64,000 nucleotides of DNA from the NCBI GenBank assembly GCA_022010055.1, contig CP091737.1, forward strand, positions 472,076-536,075. Reading direction: 5' to 3'. The stretch comes from Treponema sp. Lineage in GTDB: Bacteria; Spirochaetota; Spirochaetia; Treponematales; Treponemataceae. Below, piece by piece: positions 11,665-23,170 of the stretch (its first letter is position 1; every line of letters starts with the position of its first letter). The notes beneath the pieces were generated by a model. The model had not been told where the DNA came from and searched no databases. It saw nothing but the letters and a program-made list of their open reading frames with translations. Both the position numbers and the translations under genes were made by a program.

Positions 11665-13228
11665 ATGAAAAATAAAGTCGCAGTCGTTTTTTTTAGCGCG
11701 CTTTTTGCAGTTTTAGCCGTATCTGCCGCATTAAGGTTTACGGTTTTTAAAAAAGCCGGAACTGTCCGGGCGAAGGTTGTAACTCCGCTGGCCGCAGATA
11801 AAATTGAAAATGAGTCAGAAACTACCGCCATTTCCGGCGAGAATGTTATGATGACATCTTTTATTCCTCTTCTTTCCACCGAAACCTTAATAAGCGCGCT
11901 TACGCTTGATTTTGATGGCGACAACCTTGATGACCAGATTGTCGCTGTCCATAAAGCCGGTTCAGAAAATCTTTATCTTATCGCCGGACTTTATAATTCA
12001 CAGTCGAATTCCTATGAGCGTGTCGCGGAAATCTCTACGGATATTTCACGTGAAAGGACTTTTTCATTTAATTCTGTTGATATGATTGGAAACCACAGGA
12101 ACGCGCTTGTCTATCAGGGTGTAGACAACAGCGGAGATTCCGTTATGAAAATCTATATGTGCGAGAGAGATAAAAATTCCGTGGAGCTAAAAAAAAATCG
12201 GAGATTTTAAATCGGATGGAACTATTTTTATTGTTCAGACGGAACGTTCGGAAGCGTATGAGCTTTCTCAGACCCGCGGCCAGAGTTTTACAGTGTGGGT
12301 CTACAGTTCGGATAAGACTGACGAGCATAAGTCCCCATCGGTTGCAATCGGACAGATTCAGACTGAGTACACATGGAATGAAAGCGAGCAGAAGTATACG
12401 CAGAGCCGCCAGATTCGTGTTACGGGAAGCAGGCTTGCCGCCAGGGAACTTGCGCGCATTCAAAACGGAAGCGTGGCGACATTTGCTGAATATCTTGACG
12501 GATTGTGGTACAAGACTTCCAGCACTGATTCATCGGCGTATTACATATACTTTAATTACGGAACAAAAGAAGTTATCTTCCTTTCAAATGATACTGAAGG
12601 GGTTTATTCCTGGGAAAATTCAAGCCTGCGAAGAAGCGGAATCTATCTGACCCTTGTGAATTCTATCATATCCAGCATGAAGCGTCGTCTGGATATTATG
12701 CTTACCGGTATGAACGAGGTGTATATCCGGGTTCACGAGGACGTAGGGCTTTTGATAAAAGAAAATAACCATTGGGACGGAACATACAAGAAGATGTCGT
12801 TTCAAAGTACATTCGGCGAGGGAAAAATAAACTATCCTCATCCTGAATATGAAAAAATCCTTTCTGATGCAAAAGACTGGACCGATGAGGAAAACCGCAG
12901 GATTACTTTTAAAAATGGAAACTATACTCTTGTAACCCCGGAAATAGAGGAAAAAGGAGCTTATCTTATTGATACAGTTGGCGTTTTTCCTGTAATCCAG
13001 TTTCGTTCGGAAAACTCTAAAAAGTCAAGTCTTCTTCCGGCGTATGCAATGCAGTTTAAGACAACCGAAGAGCTTGTTCCCGCAAAAAAACGCGGCCAGA
13101 AGCCTGTTGTAAAAAAGACGGTTGATAAAAATACAATAATAATGTCGCCGGTAAAACTTTCTCCGGATACCTGCTACGCGACTGACGGAATGAAAATCAC
13201 CATTACAAAGTCTGAAAAACAACCATAA
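11665..13228 (+). CDS. Treponemal exported protein, probably pallilysin-related adhesin family (frameshift near 12195)
   Basis: N-terminal TM; DFDGDNLDDQI Ca-binding-like motif; two ORFs joined at an A run; family name from recall. Confidence 0.6.
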
Positions 13229-13324
13229 ATTCAGCCTTGAAAAATTCGGCATTCGGGCTAAATGAAAAAAAACTTAAGTTTTTAACATTGAATAAGACTC
13301 TTATCGTCATTATAATTATCTATT

Positions 13325-15147
13325 ATGACTGCAAATGAATTACGCTCAAAATATATTGAGTTCTTTAAGAGTAAAAATCACGTTGAAATTTCTGGACAGT
13401 CTTTGATTCCGGAAAATGATCCTTCAGTTTTGTTTACAACTGCCGGAATGCATCCGCTTGTTCCTTATCTTTTAGGAGAAAAACATCCTTCTGGAACTCG
13501 CCTTACAGATTACCAGAAATGCATCCGCACAGGTGATATTGATGAGGTTGGCGACCCTAGCCATCTTACCTGCTTTGAAATGCTGGGAAACTGGTCGCTG
13601 GGCGATTATTTCAAAAAGAATCAATCGGCTTTTCCTATGAATTCCTTACAAGCCCAAAATGGCTCGGTCTTGATCCGCGTAAAATTTCTGTGACGGTTTT
13701 TGCCGGCGACGACAATGCTCCCCGCGATGAGGAAGCCGCTACTTACTGGAAAGAGAACGGAATGCCGGAAGACAAAATCGCATATCTTCCTGCATGCGAC
13801 AACTGGTGGGCTGCAGGTCCTACAGGTCCATGCGGTCCTGACACTGAGATTTTCTACTGGGTTGGAGAGGGGCTTCCTCCTGCCGGCTCCAACAAAGGAA
13901 CGGACAGCGAGAACTGGATGGAAATCTGGAACAACGTTTTTATGCAGTACAACCGCGTTGATGAAAAAACTCTTGTGCCGCTTCCAAAGAGAAATGTCGA
14001 TACCGGAATGGGTCTTGAGCGCACAAACTGTATATTGCAGGGAAAAACATCGGTATATCTTACTGAGGTTTTCCAGCCGATTATTAAAAAGGTTGAGGAG
14101 CTTTCTGATTATACATACGGCGCAGACGCAGAAAAAGATAAGAGCGTGCGAATTATTGCAGATCATAGCCGCGCTTCTGTCTTTATTCTTGGAGACCAGA
14201 AGGGTGTTTCTCCTTCAAATGTAGGCGCGGGCTACGTTCTTCGCAGGTTGATACGGCGCGCGGTCCGACACGGAATGAAGCTTGGCATAGAAAAGGAATT
14301 CCTTGCGGAAGTTGCTGCGGTTGTTGTTGAAAATTTCAAGGGCGCATATCCGGAGCTTGAGCAGAACGCTGAAAAAATTTACCGCGAGCTTACAGCTGAG
14401 GAAGCGAAATTCCGCACAACGCTCAAAAAAGGAGAGGCCGAATTCCAGAAGCTTCTTCCAAATCTTATGAAAAATCCAAAGAAGATTATATCTGGAAAAG
14501 TTGCATATAATCTTTATGAAACTTATGGCTATCCGCTTGAGCTTACCCAGGAGCTTGGCGCGGAAAACGGATTTACAGTTGATGTTGAAGGCTTTATGGC
14601 TGCGGAAAAGAAGCATCAGGAAGCCTCAAAATCGCTTGACGCAGGAAAGGCAAAAGGCGGACTTGCGGAGCAGTCAGACATCACGACTAAATATCATACG
14701 GCAACTCACTTGCTTCAGCAGGCACTGGTTGATGTTCTTGGCGATGAGGTTGCCCAGAAGGGTTCTAATATAAATAATGAGCGTATGCGCTTTGACTTTA
14801 CTTTCGGCCGTCCGATGACAAAAGAGGAAGTTCAGAAGGTTGAGGATATTGTAAACGAAAAAATCAACGAGGATTTGCCTGTGACAATGGAAGTTATGCC
14901 GCTGGACCAGGCCAAGGCTGAAGGCGCGAAGGCTCTTTTCGTCAATAAATACGGCGAGCAGGTAAAGGTCTACACAATCGGCCGCGATTCTAAAAAGGAC
15001 TGGTATTCAAAGGAAGTTTGCGGCGGACCGCACGTTCAGCATACGGCGCAGATTGGAAAATTCAAGATTGAAAAAGAACAGTCTTCTTCCGCCGGAGTCC
15101 GCAGAATCAGGGCTACAATCAGCGGAGGTCTTCCGCTTGATAAATAG
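13325..15147 (+). CDS. alaS: Alanine--tRNA ligase (frameshift near 13618)
   Basis: [30 protein letters not shown] and EVCGGPHV. Confidence 0.97.
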
Positions 15148-15274
15148 ATAATCCAAGGGCGAAATTTGAGGCCACAGATATTTTTTTACAAAAAACCAAA
15201 AAAAATGTAACTATTTTTGCATTTTGTTGGTTTTATAGTGTAAAATATAAAAAATAAAAAAAAGGATTTAATAT

Positions 15275-16352
15275 ATGAAACGTTTTGCAGTTGCATTTTT
15301 AGCTTTATTTATGTGTGCGGCAGTTTTTGCACAGAACGATCTTCAGGTTCTTGCAGTGGTGAAACTTAATAAAAATGAGTCAATTTCACTGAAACAGATA
15401 AAAACCCGTGTTGAAATGTATGAAAAGCAGAGAGGTGCGGTTCTTTCTGTTGATGACAGAAAAAAAGTTCTGGATGCCTTGATTCAGGAAAAACTGGTTC
15501 TTCAGGCTGCGCAGAAGTCTGGAATTTCACTTACGGACAGTCAGATTGAGCAGATGTTCCTTCAGCAGGTGAGCCAGCAGCTTTTGGGAAGAAATGCAAC
15601 ACAGTCGGAGCTTGAAACCCTTATCAAGCAGCAGACAAATCTTTCGCTTGATGATTTATGAAGCAGCAGATTGGAATGTCAGTGGCAGAATATAAAAATT
15701 ACCTGAAAAATCAGACTCTGGTGCAGCAGTACATTCTTCATCAGCGCGAAAACGAAATAAAATCAGTGGCCGCTACAGACGAGGAAATCCGTGCCTTCTA
15801 TGAACTGAATAAATCTCAGTTTGTATGGACGGATATGATGAAGCTTTATATGGTTGTTATTCCTAAGGATAAAGATTCAGAGGCGGCCCGCGTAAAGGCC
15901 AACGATCTTTTTAATAAGCTGAAGGATAAAAACTTACTGTAAACCAGATGACTGTTGAGTCTAAAAAAGAAAATTCCGGATTCCAGTCTGGCGAAATGCT
16001 TATAAATAAAAATCAGGTCAGCGCGCAGCAGCTTGGAATTTCCTATAAGGATCTTCTTTCGCTTTTTGACAACAATGTAGGATATTTTTCTGCTGTCGGC
16101 GAGTTCGATTCTCATTTCCAGTTTTATACAATTATCAAAAAATATGACGCAAAGATGCTTTCTTTGAGCGACGTTGTTCAGCCTGATTCTACTACAACTG
16201 TATACGATTATATCAGGAGCTCTTTAGGACAGCAGAAAGTTATGCAGTATTTTACGGTTGCCGCGCAGGAAATTGCTAAGGATCTTGATACAGAGGCAAA
16301 TGTTGAAAGAAAAAAGACTGGTGATGCTTTGACAAAACTTCTTTCTTGGTAA
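15275..16352 (+). CDS. SurA-like periplasmic chaperone/PPIase (two frameshifts)
   Basis: Signal peptide; VLDALIQEKLVLQAAQKSGI SurA N-terminal motif; TDEEIRAFYELN. Confidence 0.75.
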
Positions 16353-16366
16353 GGCAGGGGGAATTT

Positions 16367-16880
16367 ATGTCTAGAAGAATAAGCCGGATTCTTGCTTTCA
16401 GGCTTTGTATTCATGGGATGTTGCAGGCGTTGACTTGGAAGATCTTGTTTCTTTTTCATGGCTTGAACGCGATGTTTTTGACGCTTCTGAAGTAGGCGAA
16501 GATTCTTCCGAGGAAATAAAATACTGTCTTCAGGAAAAGCAGATGAGCCAGTTTGAAAAGCTTGCTCCTGCGAAAAAACAGGAAGTTTTTGATTATGCAA
16601 GGCTTCTTGTGAATGGAACTGTTGAAAATATTTCGCAGATTGATGAGTTGATAAAGAATAATCTTTCTTCAAAGTGGACAATTGAACGCTTGAATAAAGT
16701 TGCGCTTGCTGTGATTCGCATGAGCGTATATTCGCTGCTTTATCAGAAGGATGTTGATCCGAAATTACAATCGATGAGGCTGTAGAGATTGTAAAAGACT
16801 ATGGCGAGGATGAGACTCATAAATTTACAAACGCGATTCTTGACCATATCAGCAAAGAGCTTGCGGAGAAAAATTCCTAA
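16367..16880 (+). CDS. nusB: Transcription antitermination factor NusB (frameshifted)
   Basis: MSRRISRILAF..ALYSWD, WTIERLNKVALAVIR, IDEAVEIVKDYG and FTNAILD. Confidence 0.9.
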
Positions 16881-18747
16881 ATGATAAAAAAATCGGTCAG
16901 AAATCTTTTTTGCATTGCGCTCGCCGTGCTGATTCTGCCGGTTTTTTTTTCATGCTCAAATCATGCGGAAGAAAAATCTGTCGCTTCCGCGCTTGAACAG
17001 GTTGACATACTTATAAATCAGGAACAATTCAATGATGCCGCGCGCGAGCTTAATAAGATTGAAAAAAAAATCATACAGTTCGTGGATTGAGATTGGTATC
17101 TTCAAACGCTACGAGAAACTTGATTCGCTTGATAGGGCGGAAAAAGTTCTTGTCCGTGCGATTAAAAAAAATCCCGGGAACATGGAGCTGAACGCGGTTT
17201 ATGCGCATTTTCTTTTGAAGAACGGACGGATTGAAGAATCTCTTGCGGCAGGCAAGACGCTTCAGGGAACGCGTTACGGCTCGATTTATTCGGAAGCGGT
17301 TTTTAAGAATGTCCTTGAAAAATCAAAAAAATCAGAAATTTCATCAGTTTTTTTATCTGCGGAATATTTTTCCGTTTATTTTGATGCGTACACCGGCTCT
17401 GGCAATTCCGCATGGCTAAGAAACTGCGCTCTTTTACGGCTTGCGTCCGGTTCTTATGAAAAAGCGGCGGAAGTTCATCCCGGACTTCATAAAATTCTTG
17501 AGGCGAACGATGCTTTTTTCTGGTCGCTTGTGATGTATGATGCCGGACGCTTTGGCGATTCTGTAAATTACGGAAACATCGCTCTTTCTCTGGCGGATTC
17601 AAGGTCTGGAAAGGAAAAAAAATCGGTCGCAGTTTCCCAGATAAGCGCGGTTTTGCAGGATTCCTATACCTGTCTGGGAGATTCTGGCAGCGCAGAAAAT
17701 ATAAGAAGGGAATATCTTGATTCTATAGAAGATAAAAACGGCGGCTTTGCTGTTTCTGATGCGGAAAAGGATGAAAATAATTTTTTAGCCCCGATTTTTG
17801 TGAACAGCGCAAAATGGGCGTTTGATTCTGGTGACGAAATGCGCGCCGCCTCTCTTTTGACTTTCTGCGTAGAAAACTGGCCGGATTATGTTCCGGGTCT
17901 TACTTCTTATGCGGACTTTGCCTATGCTTCAAATTTGCCGGCCAATGAAAATTTTATGCAGCTCCAGCTGCGGGATGAAGGCCTGGCTTCTCTTGAAATG
18001 GAACGTTATGACAGCCGTCCTAAAATTCCTTTAAGCGACGCGGCGGAAAGAATTGAAAAAAGTCTTGCCAGAAAAAAGTCCCCTCTGCTTTTTGTTGCGC
18101 GCCTTGATTTAAAATATAAAGCCGACAAAAATTTTACTGAAACTGAAAAAACTGCTGATATCTGGAGAATTCTTGAGGAAAACGTGGTTTCTCCGTCGGT
18201 TTATCCGGAGATTTTGTTTGAATATGCGTTGAATTTTCTTCTGGAAACAAAGCAGACGGAAGATGCGTGGAAACTTTTCTACAAATATATATCCTCAAAA
18301 TATAAAATTTCTTTCGACAATGACTTCTGGGTGAATGTTGTAAAAAAAATCAATGTCTTTTCATATTCCGAGGCGGAGTATGCGTTCTATTTTGCCGCAT
18401 TGGACGGAAGAACTGAGGATTCCCTGCGGCTCGGTGAATATTGCGTGTTTGAGGATTCTGAAAGGACTCTTGTGAATGTCTCTGCCGGCGATTCAGCGGC
18501 AATGAATCTTGCGATGATTTATAATTCTGTAGGGCGAAAAACAGATGCCCTGGAACTGTATAGAAAAGTAAATGGACGCAGCACGGTTAAAAATATAAAA
18601 GCGTTGGCGATGTACAGAATGGCGCTGATTTACTTTGATTCAGGCGATTTAAAAAATGCCAGAATCTGCGCGGAGTACAGTTCTGAGCTGAATCCGGGAA
18701 ATGCTGAAGCCAAGCTGCTTTTGACTAAAATAAAGGCAAGTCTATAA
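16881..18747 (+). CDS. TPR-containing lipoprotein (frameshift near 17070)
   Basis: Spirochete lipobox-like FFSC; TPR-like helical repeats; C-terminal LNPGNAEA. Confidence 0.7.
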
Positions 18748-18788
18748 AAAAACCTGTGGATTCTCTTGAACCACAGGTCTTATGAATG

Positions 18789-19061
18789 TTATTCAATAAC
18801 GGCAATTACATCGCTCATCCGAAGAATAAGATAATCTTCGCCGTCAAGTTTTACCTGCGTGCCGGCGTATTTGTCGTACATAATTCTGTCGCCGATTTTT
18901 ACCGTGATTTTTTCTTCTTCTGTTCCAGGTCCGACTTCAACAACTGTGGCTGTCTGGGTTTTTTCCTGTGCTCCTTCCGGGATGTAAAGTCCGCTTGCAG
19001 TTTTTGTTTCTGCCGCATCATTTTTTACAAGAATTCTGTCTGATAAAGGTTTGATTTTCAT
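18789..19061 (-). CDS. groS: Co-chaperonin GroES
   Basis: IKPLSDRILV, TASGLYIP and YAGTQVKLDGEDYLIL. Confidence 0.97.
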   Translation of the reverse strand: MKIKPLSDRILVKNDAAETKTASGLYIPEGAQEKTQTATVVEVGPGTEEEKITVKIGDRIMYDKYAGTQVKLDGEDYLILRMSDVIAVIE

Positions 19062-19242
19062 TCTATTTTGCTCCTGTTTGGATTTTTTTTCCATTTGTTA
19101 CTATTAAATATAAGAAAATCATAATCGAATCGTCAATAAAAAAATAAAAAAAATGTTTTGAGCGGGTAAAATTTACTCAATTTTGGATGTAATTTTTGTA
19201 GGTGGGGAAAATTTACACACTTTTAAAATGATAAATTCCAGC

Positions 19243-19430
19243 TTAGCCCGGATATCGACTTTTTTATTGAAGGCGCAAATCAAATGAGTGTAAAGAATCA
19301 AAAATCAGCCGCTGGGATATTATGAGCGATAGCGTGTTCTGGTGCTTTTGGCGTGCGGTGTCTTTGCTATCAGCCGGATTGACGGGTCTTTTCTGATACT
19401 TTTTCAATTTTTATGCTGAATTTATAAGGC
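19243..19430. mobile_element. MITE-like element, family A-related
   Basis: Left end tagcccggatatcgactttttt resembles the consensus tagcccgaatgtcgagtttttt; reverse complement of its 3' part resembles 35982-36020. Confidence 0.5.
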
Positions 19431-19464
19431 TCTGTGTTTAAAATATTTATAAAATTTTAAAACT

Positions 19465-19480
19465 TGGCACGGTTCTTGCA
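19465..19480 (+). promoter_or_regulatory. Sigma54 (-24/-12) promoter
   Basis: TGGCACGGTTCTTGCA matches TGGCACG-N4-TTGC(A/T), 38 nt upstream of the sigma-factor ATG. Confidence 0.85.
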
Positions 19481-19518
19481 TAATATATAGTGTAGATAAT
19501 TTTTTGGAGGCAAAAAGT

Positions 19519-20352
19519 ATGACAGACAGCACAATTTCTATTTACCTTAAAGAAATCAATAAGATTCCTCTTCTTTCTTATGAAGAAGAAACTGAACTTG
19601 CAAAAAAAGCCGCCGCAGGCGATCAAGTTGCAAAGAATAAGATAGTAAATGCAAACCTTCGTTTTGTCGTGAATGTCGCCAAAAAATATCAGAAAAAAGG
19701 TCTTGAGCTTGAAGATTTGATAAGCGAGGGAAATATAGGTCTTTTGAGCGCCATAGAAAAATTTGATGTTTCAAAGGGCTATCATTTTATTTCCTACGCA
19801 GTATGGTGGATTCGCCAGTCAATCCTTAAGGCAATCTGCGAAAAAAGCCGGGCAATCCGTTTGCCGCAGAACAGGGCTAACGAGCTTGTTCAGATTGAGC
19901 ACGCAAAGAAAACAATCGGAGACAATGTTTCTGAAGAGCAGGAGCTCTCTGAGATTGCCGCGATGCTTAATATGGATGTTGCCCATGTCCGTGAGCTGGT
20001 GGAAATAAGCCGGGAAATGGCTTCTCTTGATTCTGAGATTGCCGGAAAAGACAGTTCAACTACAACATTGGGTTCTATGATAGAAGACAAAATGCACGGC
20101 CAGCCGGAAGATATGGTTATCAGAAAGGAATTGCAGAAAGATATCAACAGTGTTCTTTCTACATTAAAACCGGCGGAGGCGGAAGTTCTAAAGATGCGTT
20201 ATGGAATTGGCGTTGAAAAACCTATGTCGCTGAAAGAAGTAGGAGACAAATTCAACCTTACGAAAGAAAGAATTCGTCAGATTGAAAAGCATGCTCTTGT
20301 AAGGATGCAGCATCCTACGCGGGCCCGCCGGCTTGAAAGTTATGTAGCATAG
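19519..20352 (+). CDS. Short sigma70-family factor (regions 1.2-4, RpoS/SigA-like)
   Basis: YLKEI, NLRFVVNVAKKY, DLISEGNIGL, FISYAVWWIRQ and ERIRQIE; no region 1.1. Confidence 0.92.
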   Translation: MTDSTISIYLKEINKIPLLSYEEETELAKKAAAGDQVAKNKIVNANLRFVVNVAKKYQKKGLELEDLISEGNIGLLSAIEKFDVSKGYHFISYAVWWIRQSILKAICEKSRAIRLPQNRANELVQIEHAKKTIGDNVSEEQELSEIAAMLNMDVAHVRELVEISREMASLDSEIAGKDSSTTTLGSMIEDKMHGQPEDMVIRKELQKDINSVLSTLKPAEAEVLKMRYGIGVEKPMSLKEVGDKFNLTKERIRQIEKHALVRMQHPTRARRLESYVA

Positions 20353-20354
20353 TT

Positions 20355-22543
20355 TTAGTTCAGCAGATTCTTTGTGTATTCAAAGGCATCTGCCCGGGCT
20401 TTTACAAGAATGTCGTGGTCGCGGACAATATCTGCGATTCCAAGGGAAAGGTTTCCCGCCTGAGCGGTTCCGGTTATTTCGCCGGGACCTCTTAGCTTTA
20501 AATCCTGATTTGCAATTATAAAGCCGTCTGTGTTCTGGCGGAGCACTTTCATCCGTTCAATTCCGGTTTTAGAGATTTTATTGCTGTAAATTAAAAAGCA
20601 GTACGATTGGTCTGTTCCGCGGCCTGTGCGCCCTCTAAGCTGATGGAGCTGGGCAAGCCCGAAACGGTCCGCCTGTTCAATAACAATGCTTGTTGCGTTT
20701 GGAACATCAACTCCGACTTCAATTACTGTTGTCGCCGCCAGAACCTGAATCTTTCCGCCCTGAAAATCCTTTAAAATCCGGATTTGCTCTTCTTCTTCGA
20801 TTTTTGAATGAATCAGCGCGCATTTGTATTCAGGATATATGCGGTCGGCCAGATTCCTAAAGTTTTCTTCTGCGGATTTTATATCTTGAATTTCACTGTT
20901 TTCGTTTTCCGCATTTATCGCCGGATAGACAAAATATGCCTGATGACCTGCTTTCAGCTGGTTTCTTACCGCTTCATAGGCATTTCTTCGTTTCCTTCCT
21001 TTACAAGGTATGTTTGTATCGGTTTCCGGCCTTCCGGCATTGTTCTTATTACGCTTACATCCAGGTCGCCAAAAACAGTAAGGGCAAGAGTCTGCGGAAT
21101 CGGGGTTGCGCTCATCATCAGAAGGTGAGGCTCAAAAGATACCTGCGGCTCTGTTTCCGTGCGCCTGCCTTTTTCAATTATTGACTGGCGCTGAATTACT
21201 CCGAATCTGTGCTGTTCGTCTATAACGGCAAGCTGCAGGTCATTGTAAACTACCTGCCTGCTGAAAAGGGCGTGCGTTCCAATCACAATATTTATTTCGC
21301 CTGATTTTAGTGCGTTCAGAAGCCGTGCGCGGCCTGAACTTTTTACATTTCCGGTAAGAAAAGCGACATTTATTCCAAGAGGTTCAAGAAGCTTTGCCGC
21401 TGATTCGGCATGCTGACGCGCAAGAATTTCTGTAGGCGCCATAAATGCGCATTGACCTTTCCAGTTGATTATTCTAAGGCATGCAAAAAATGCTACGAGG
21501 GTTTTTCCCGAGCCTACATCGCCCTGAAGAAGCCTCTGCATAGTAAAAGGAATTTTTATGCCGGAAGTTTTTCCGTTAAGAAGCAATGCCCGTTCCTTAA
21601 AGCCCCTGTCGATGTCTCTGTTCATCTGGTTAATTACAAAAATCTGGTCAGGTGTCAGGTTGAACGGCAGGCGGTTGTAAAGTTCCTTCTGAAGCGGTGA
21701 AAGGCTGCCCTCAAAATCTGCTTTTTCCTGTTCGGAAAGTTTCTTTTCTGGCTGATTCCATTGTTCGCTTCCGGATTTTTGCGCTTCATCCAGATTTGCC
21801 TCCGGGAAAGAACCTTTGTGCTTGAATGCCCGGTCAGCAATCGCTTTTTGAAAGAAAAAAAGCTCCTCATAAATCAGAGTTTTTCGGGCATCCTGTATTT
21901 CATGCGGAGTCTGGCTTAAATGGATTTGCCTTATCGCATCTTTTTTTTCAAGAAGATTCTGCTTTTGAATGTATTTTTCAGGAACTTCGCTGTCTATTCC
22001 TATGCCGTACTGCTTTATTGCCGCCTGAACCGCCTTTCTTACGGTTTTTTGCGAAAGTCCTTCAGTCAGCGGATAGACCGGAAGAATTCCTGAGTCCGGC
22101 AAAGGCTGGTTTCTAAAGTCTTCAAGGTTTCCTTCATCCGAAAGTTTTGTTACGTCAAAATCTGTGCTCTGAATCTGTCCGTATTTTGCTGTAAAACTTC
22201 CTGTGACAGAGATTATGCTTCCGACAGGAAGTGAATGTTGAAGAAATGTCCGGTTGAATGCTATGAGTCCTGCGGATGCCGTTCCGTCTGAGATTATTAT
22301 TTTTAGTGTCTTCATGCGGCCGTACCCGAAGAATTCGTGGGCGATGACCTGCGCAGGCGTATGGACTTTTGCAGATTCAAACTGCGAGATGGAAACTAAA
22401 TGACGGCGGTCCTCATAGGCGCGCGGATAAAATTTCAAAAGGTCGCCTATGGTAAAAATGTTTAGCTTTGCAAAAAGTTTTTCAGCGGCAGGACCGATTC
22501 CCGAAAGCGATGCCACGGGAGTTTTTATTTCGTCAAGTTTCAT
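20355..22543 (-). CDS. recG: ATP-dependent DNA helicase RecG (frameshift near 20985)
   Basis: RLLQGDVGSGKT, IDEQHRFG, MSATPIP and DLKLRGPGE. Confidence 0.96.
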
Positions 22544-22554
22544 TTAATCAACGT

Positions 22555-23148
22555 TTAAAAAGGAATGTAATGTATAAAAACCATAAGCCATCTATATAGA
22601 AAAGACGATAGGATAAGAATCGCCAGCATTGCGATTGAATCTATTAAAAGCGCCGTTTTGTATGAAATGCTTCTTCCGCCGGTAAAAAAATTGCATATTT
22701 TAAATACCATATTGCGGATTGCGTCGTCAAAACGCTGCCACGGAGAGTCGTACTGGTTGCTGGTCCTGCTGAATATTGAAACCAGATAGCGGACAATGAA
22801 TATAATCATTATTACGGTGGCGATTGAAGAGGCGATAGACCATACGATGCTCAGAAGGTTTGCAAGAATCATGCTTAGGGAAATGTAGCCCGAAGCGCTG
22901 ATGTTTCCTAAGATTGATGATATGACGTATAGAATGCCGATTGCAATCATTGCGGTAAAATCGAACATTCCGATTCTTAGAGGCAGTCTTGAAAAAAGAT
23001 TCAGGTAAGGGTCGCATATTGAAGAAAGGAATTTTCCGATTGCGCTGTAATTTAGGGAGGGAATCCATGTCAAGATAATTCTGAAAAAACAAAGGGTTGA
23101 GTACAGAGAAACAGCTCCGGCTGCGGTGTTGATAAGTATTTTTAACAT
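22555..23148 (-). CDS. YggT family membrane protein
   Basis: RIILTW...CDPYL..F...GMFDF YggT motif; hydrophobic. Confidence 0.85.
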   Translation of the reverse strand: MLKILINTAAGAVSLYSTLCFFRIILTWIPSLNYSAIGKFLSSICDPYLNLFSRLPLRIGMFDFTAMIAIGILYVISSILGNISASGYISLSMILANLLSIVWSIASSIATVIMIIFIVRYLVSIFSRTSNQYDSPWQRFDDAIRNMVFKICNFFTGGRSISYKTALLIDSIAMLAILILSSFLYRWLMVFIHYIPF

Positions 23149-23170
23149 AAATTATGCCTCCTGATATTAA

